From assembly GCA_002269645.1 (NCBI GenBank), contig NIVC01002413.1, forward strand, positions 112,940 to 176,939: a stretch of DNA of 64,000 bases. The letters run 5' to 3'. Below, one piece after another: positions 61,206-64,000 of the stretch. The notes below the pieces were generated by a model, which was not told the origin of the DNA, made no database searches, and saw nothing but the letters and a program-made list of their open reading frames with translations. Positions within the stretch are counted from its first letter, which is position 1. Each line of letters begins with the position of its first letter. The position numbers and the translations under genes were made by a program. Source of the DNA: Macrostomum lignano. Its lineage: Eukaryota.

Positions 61206-62995
61206 GAAGGACAGGAGGTGGGAGAGAGCGGCGCTACCTGAAGGACAGGAGGTGGGAGAGAGCGGCGCTACCTGAAGGACAGGAGGTGGAGAGAGCGGCG
61301 CTACCTGAAGGACAGGAGGTGGGGAGAGCGGCGCTACCTGAAGGACAGGAGGTGGGAGAGAGCGGCGCTACCTGAAGGACAGGAGGTAGGAGAGAGCAGC
61401 GCTACCTGAAGGACAGGAGGTGGGAGAGAGCAGAGGTACCTGAAGGACAGGAGGTGGGGAGAGCGGCGCTACCTGAAGGACAGGAGGTGGGAGAGAGCAG
61501 AGGTACCTGAAGGACAGGAGGTGGGGGAGAGCGGCGCTACCTGAAGGACAGGAGGTGGGAGAGAGCAGAGGTACCTGAAGGACAGGAGGTGGGAGAGAGC
61601 GGTGCAACCTGAAGGACAGGTGGGAGAGAACGGCGCTAACTGAAGGACAGGAGGTGGGGGCAGTGGCGCTACCTGAAGGACAGAAGTTGGGAGAGAGCGG
61701 CGCTACCTGAAGGACAGGAGGTGGGAGAGAGCAGAGATACCTGAAGGACAGGAGGTGGGAGAGAGCGGCGCTACCTGAAGGACAGGAGGTGGGAGAGAGC
61801 AGAGATACCTGAAGGACAGGAGGTGGGAGAGAGCGGCGCTACCTGAAGGACAGGAGGTGGGAGAGAGCGGCGCTACCTGAAGGACAGGAGGTGGGAGAGA
61901 GCAGAGGTACCTGGAGGACAGGAGGTGGGAGAGAGCGGCGCTACCTGAAGGACAGGAGGTGGGAGAGAGCGGCGCTACCTGAAGGACAGGAGGCGGGAGA
62001 GAGCGGCGCTACCTGAAGGACAGGAGGTGGGAGAGAGCAGAAGTACCTGGAGGACAGGAGGTGGGAGAGAGCGGCGCTACCTGAAGGACAGGAGGCGGGA
62101 GAGAGCGGCGCTACCTGAAGGACAGGAGGTGGGAGAGAGCAGAGGTACCTGGAGGACAGGAGGTGGAGAGAGCGGCGCTAGCTGAAGGACAGGAGGTGGA
62201 GAGAGCGGCGCTACCTGAAGGACAGGAGGTGGGAGAGAGCAGAGATACCTGAAGGACAGGAGGTGGGAGAGAACGGCGCTACCTGAAGGACAGGAGGTGG
62301 GAGAGAGCGGCGCTAGCTGAAGGACAGGAGGTGGGAGAGAGCGGCGCTACCTGAAGGACAGGAGGTGGGAGAGAGCGGCGCTACCTGAAGGACAGGAGGT
62401 GGGGAGAGCGGCGCTACCTGAAGGACAGGAGGTGGGGGAGAGCGGCGCTACCTGAAGGACAGGAGGTGGGGGAGAGCGGCGCTACCTGAAGGACAGGAGG
62501 TGGGGGAGAGCGGCGCTACCTGAAGGACAGGAGGTGGGGGAGAGCGGTGCTACCTGAAGGACAGGAGGTGGGGGAGAGCGGCGCAACCTGAAGGACAGGA
62601 GGTGGGGGAGAGCGGCGCTACCTGAAGGACAGGAGGTGGGAGAGAGCGGCGCTACCTGAAGGACAGGAGGTGGGGAGAGCGGCGCTACCTGAAGGACAGG
62701 AGGTGGGGGAGAGCGGCGCTACCTGAAGGACAGGAGGTGGGAGAGAGCGGCGCTACCTGAAGGACAGGAGGTGGGAGAGAGCAGAGTACCTGAAGGACAG
62801 GAGGTGGGGGAGAGCGGCGCTACCTGAAGGACAGGAGGTGGGAGAGAGCAGAGGTACCTGAAGGACAGGAGGTGGGGAGAGCGGCGCTACCTGAAGGACA
62901 GGAGGTGGAGAGAGCAGAGGTACCTGAAGGACATGAGGTGGAGAGAGCGGTGCAACCTGAAGGACAGGAGGTGGGAGAGAGCGGCGCTAGTAAGG
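61206..62995 (-). repeat. 34-bp minisatellite, inverted relative to 47393-48150, ~52 copies
   Basis: GGTGGGAGAGAGCGGCGCTACCTGAAGGACAGGA is the reverse complement of the 47.4-kb unit. Confidence 0.95.
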
Positions 62996-63705
62996 ACATG
63001 ATGTAGAGAAGCAGGGGAAAAGGAGAAGAGATTAACGATGCAAATGTAGGGAGTAGAAGAGCGATAATCAAGCGAGGCCTGTGCATAGTGGAAGCGCATA
63101 AAACATTCTTGCAGTTTTTATTATTATTTTAATTGCCCCCCCCCCCCAGCTCGCCATTTTATAATGATTTTCTGTTCGAATTCGGCAATAAATTTTTCAG
63201 GATTTTACAATCTGTAGACTCCCAACTGGCAGTATAATTAAGCGGGCCATTGTAAATTACACCGCCTGCAAGCATCCTTAATAGCTCTAAAAAACAAGCC
63301 TAAAGTTTTACGACTACAAAAAATGCGGCGCAGTTTATTGAGGGGCTTCAGCTTTTATAAACGCTGACTGAGTCACAAATCAGTTTATTGTTACGCTCAA
63401 CTTCCTCCATCAAAGTATTTTTATTGCTAACTATAGTACTACTAGATTTTTTTAGTTTGCTAAAAAAGCCCAAGGGCCGACCCTTCTTTGTTTTTTTGTC
63501 CAAGATTTACAACAGAGTTTGTCCTCATAGTTTGCGTTGGATTTTCAATTTTTTCCACTTGCTAGCAGCAGCGCCTGTTGCTTGTTTATAGTTTCTGCAA
63601 TTGCATTGATTGGAGTCTGCTTTTTTGTCGATAATCCGTCAGGCAAGGACGTGGGTTTGAGATAATAAAAAAGGCATAGTGTGGGGGGTAGATTAAAAGA
63701 GGAGA

Positions 63706-63798
63706 GGGTAGAGGAGGAGGAGAGAGAGAGAGAGGAGTGAGGAGAGAGAGAGAGAGGAGGAGAGAGGAGAGAGTGAGAGAGAGAGAGAGAGGAGAGAG

Positions 63799-63833
<35 letters not shown>

Positions 63834-63934
63834 TGGAGAGAGGAGAGAGGAGAGAGGAGAGAGAGAGAGGAGAGAGGAGAGAGAGGAGGAGAGAAGAGGA
63901 GAGAGGAGAGAGGAGAGCAGGAGAGAGGAGAGAG

Positions 63935-63968
<34 letters not shown>

Positions 63969-64000
63969 GAGAGAAGGAGAGAGAAGGAGAGAGGAGAGAG
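63706..64000. repeat. GA/GGA purine-rich microsatellite running off the window end
   Basis: Direct reading. Confidence 0.92.

Overview
Eukaryotic (metazoan) genomic DNA that is extremely rich in tandem repeats. GC-rich, polyQ/polyA-rich exons with minisatellite-filled introns suggest a flatworm such as Macrostomum (inference only). Three spliced host genes can be reconstructed with phase-consistent GT-AG junctions: (1) an R3H-domain RNA-binding protein of the R3HDM/ARPP21/encore family (+, 18576-22655, 2 exons); (2) a synaptotagmin-like Rab effector with a Rab-binding Zn domain and C2A/C2B (+, 26953-34046, 8-9 exons); (3) a NET-family (noc/elbow/ZNF503/703) zinc-finger gene (-, 57611-49138, 2 exons). 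A young, 4,989-bp non-autonomous Ty3/Gypsy-like LTR element lies at 10796-15784 (- strand). It has apparently identical 771-bp LTRs, a 4-bp GGAT TSD, a tRNA-Leu-type PBS, a PPT, a gag-like ORF, a pol remnant and an intact extra ORF behind its own GC-box/TATA. There is a tRNA-derived SINE plus a truncated copy, and more than 25 distinct micro/minisatellite arrays. The most unusual feature is an array of 16.3 apparently identical 272-bp units (1261-5694). By eye its monomer folds into a tight, nested, multi-stem RNA-like structure reminiscent of retrozyme/viroid-like circular RNA multimers, although I found no canonical ribozyme core. Most long ORFs in the six-frame track are artefacts of repeats. 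All structure and homology calls were made by eye and from memory, without computation.
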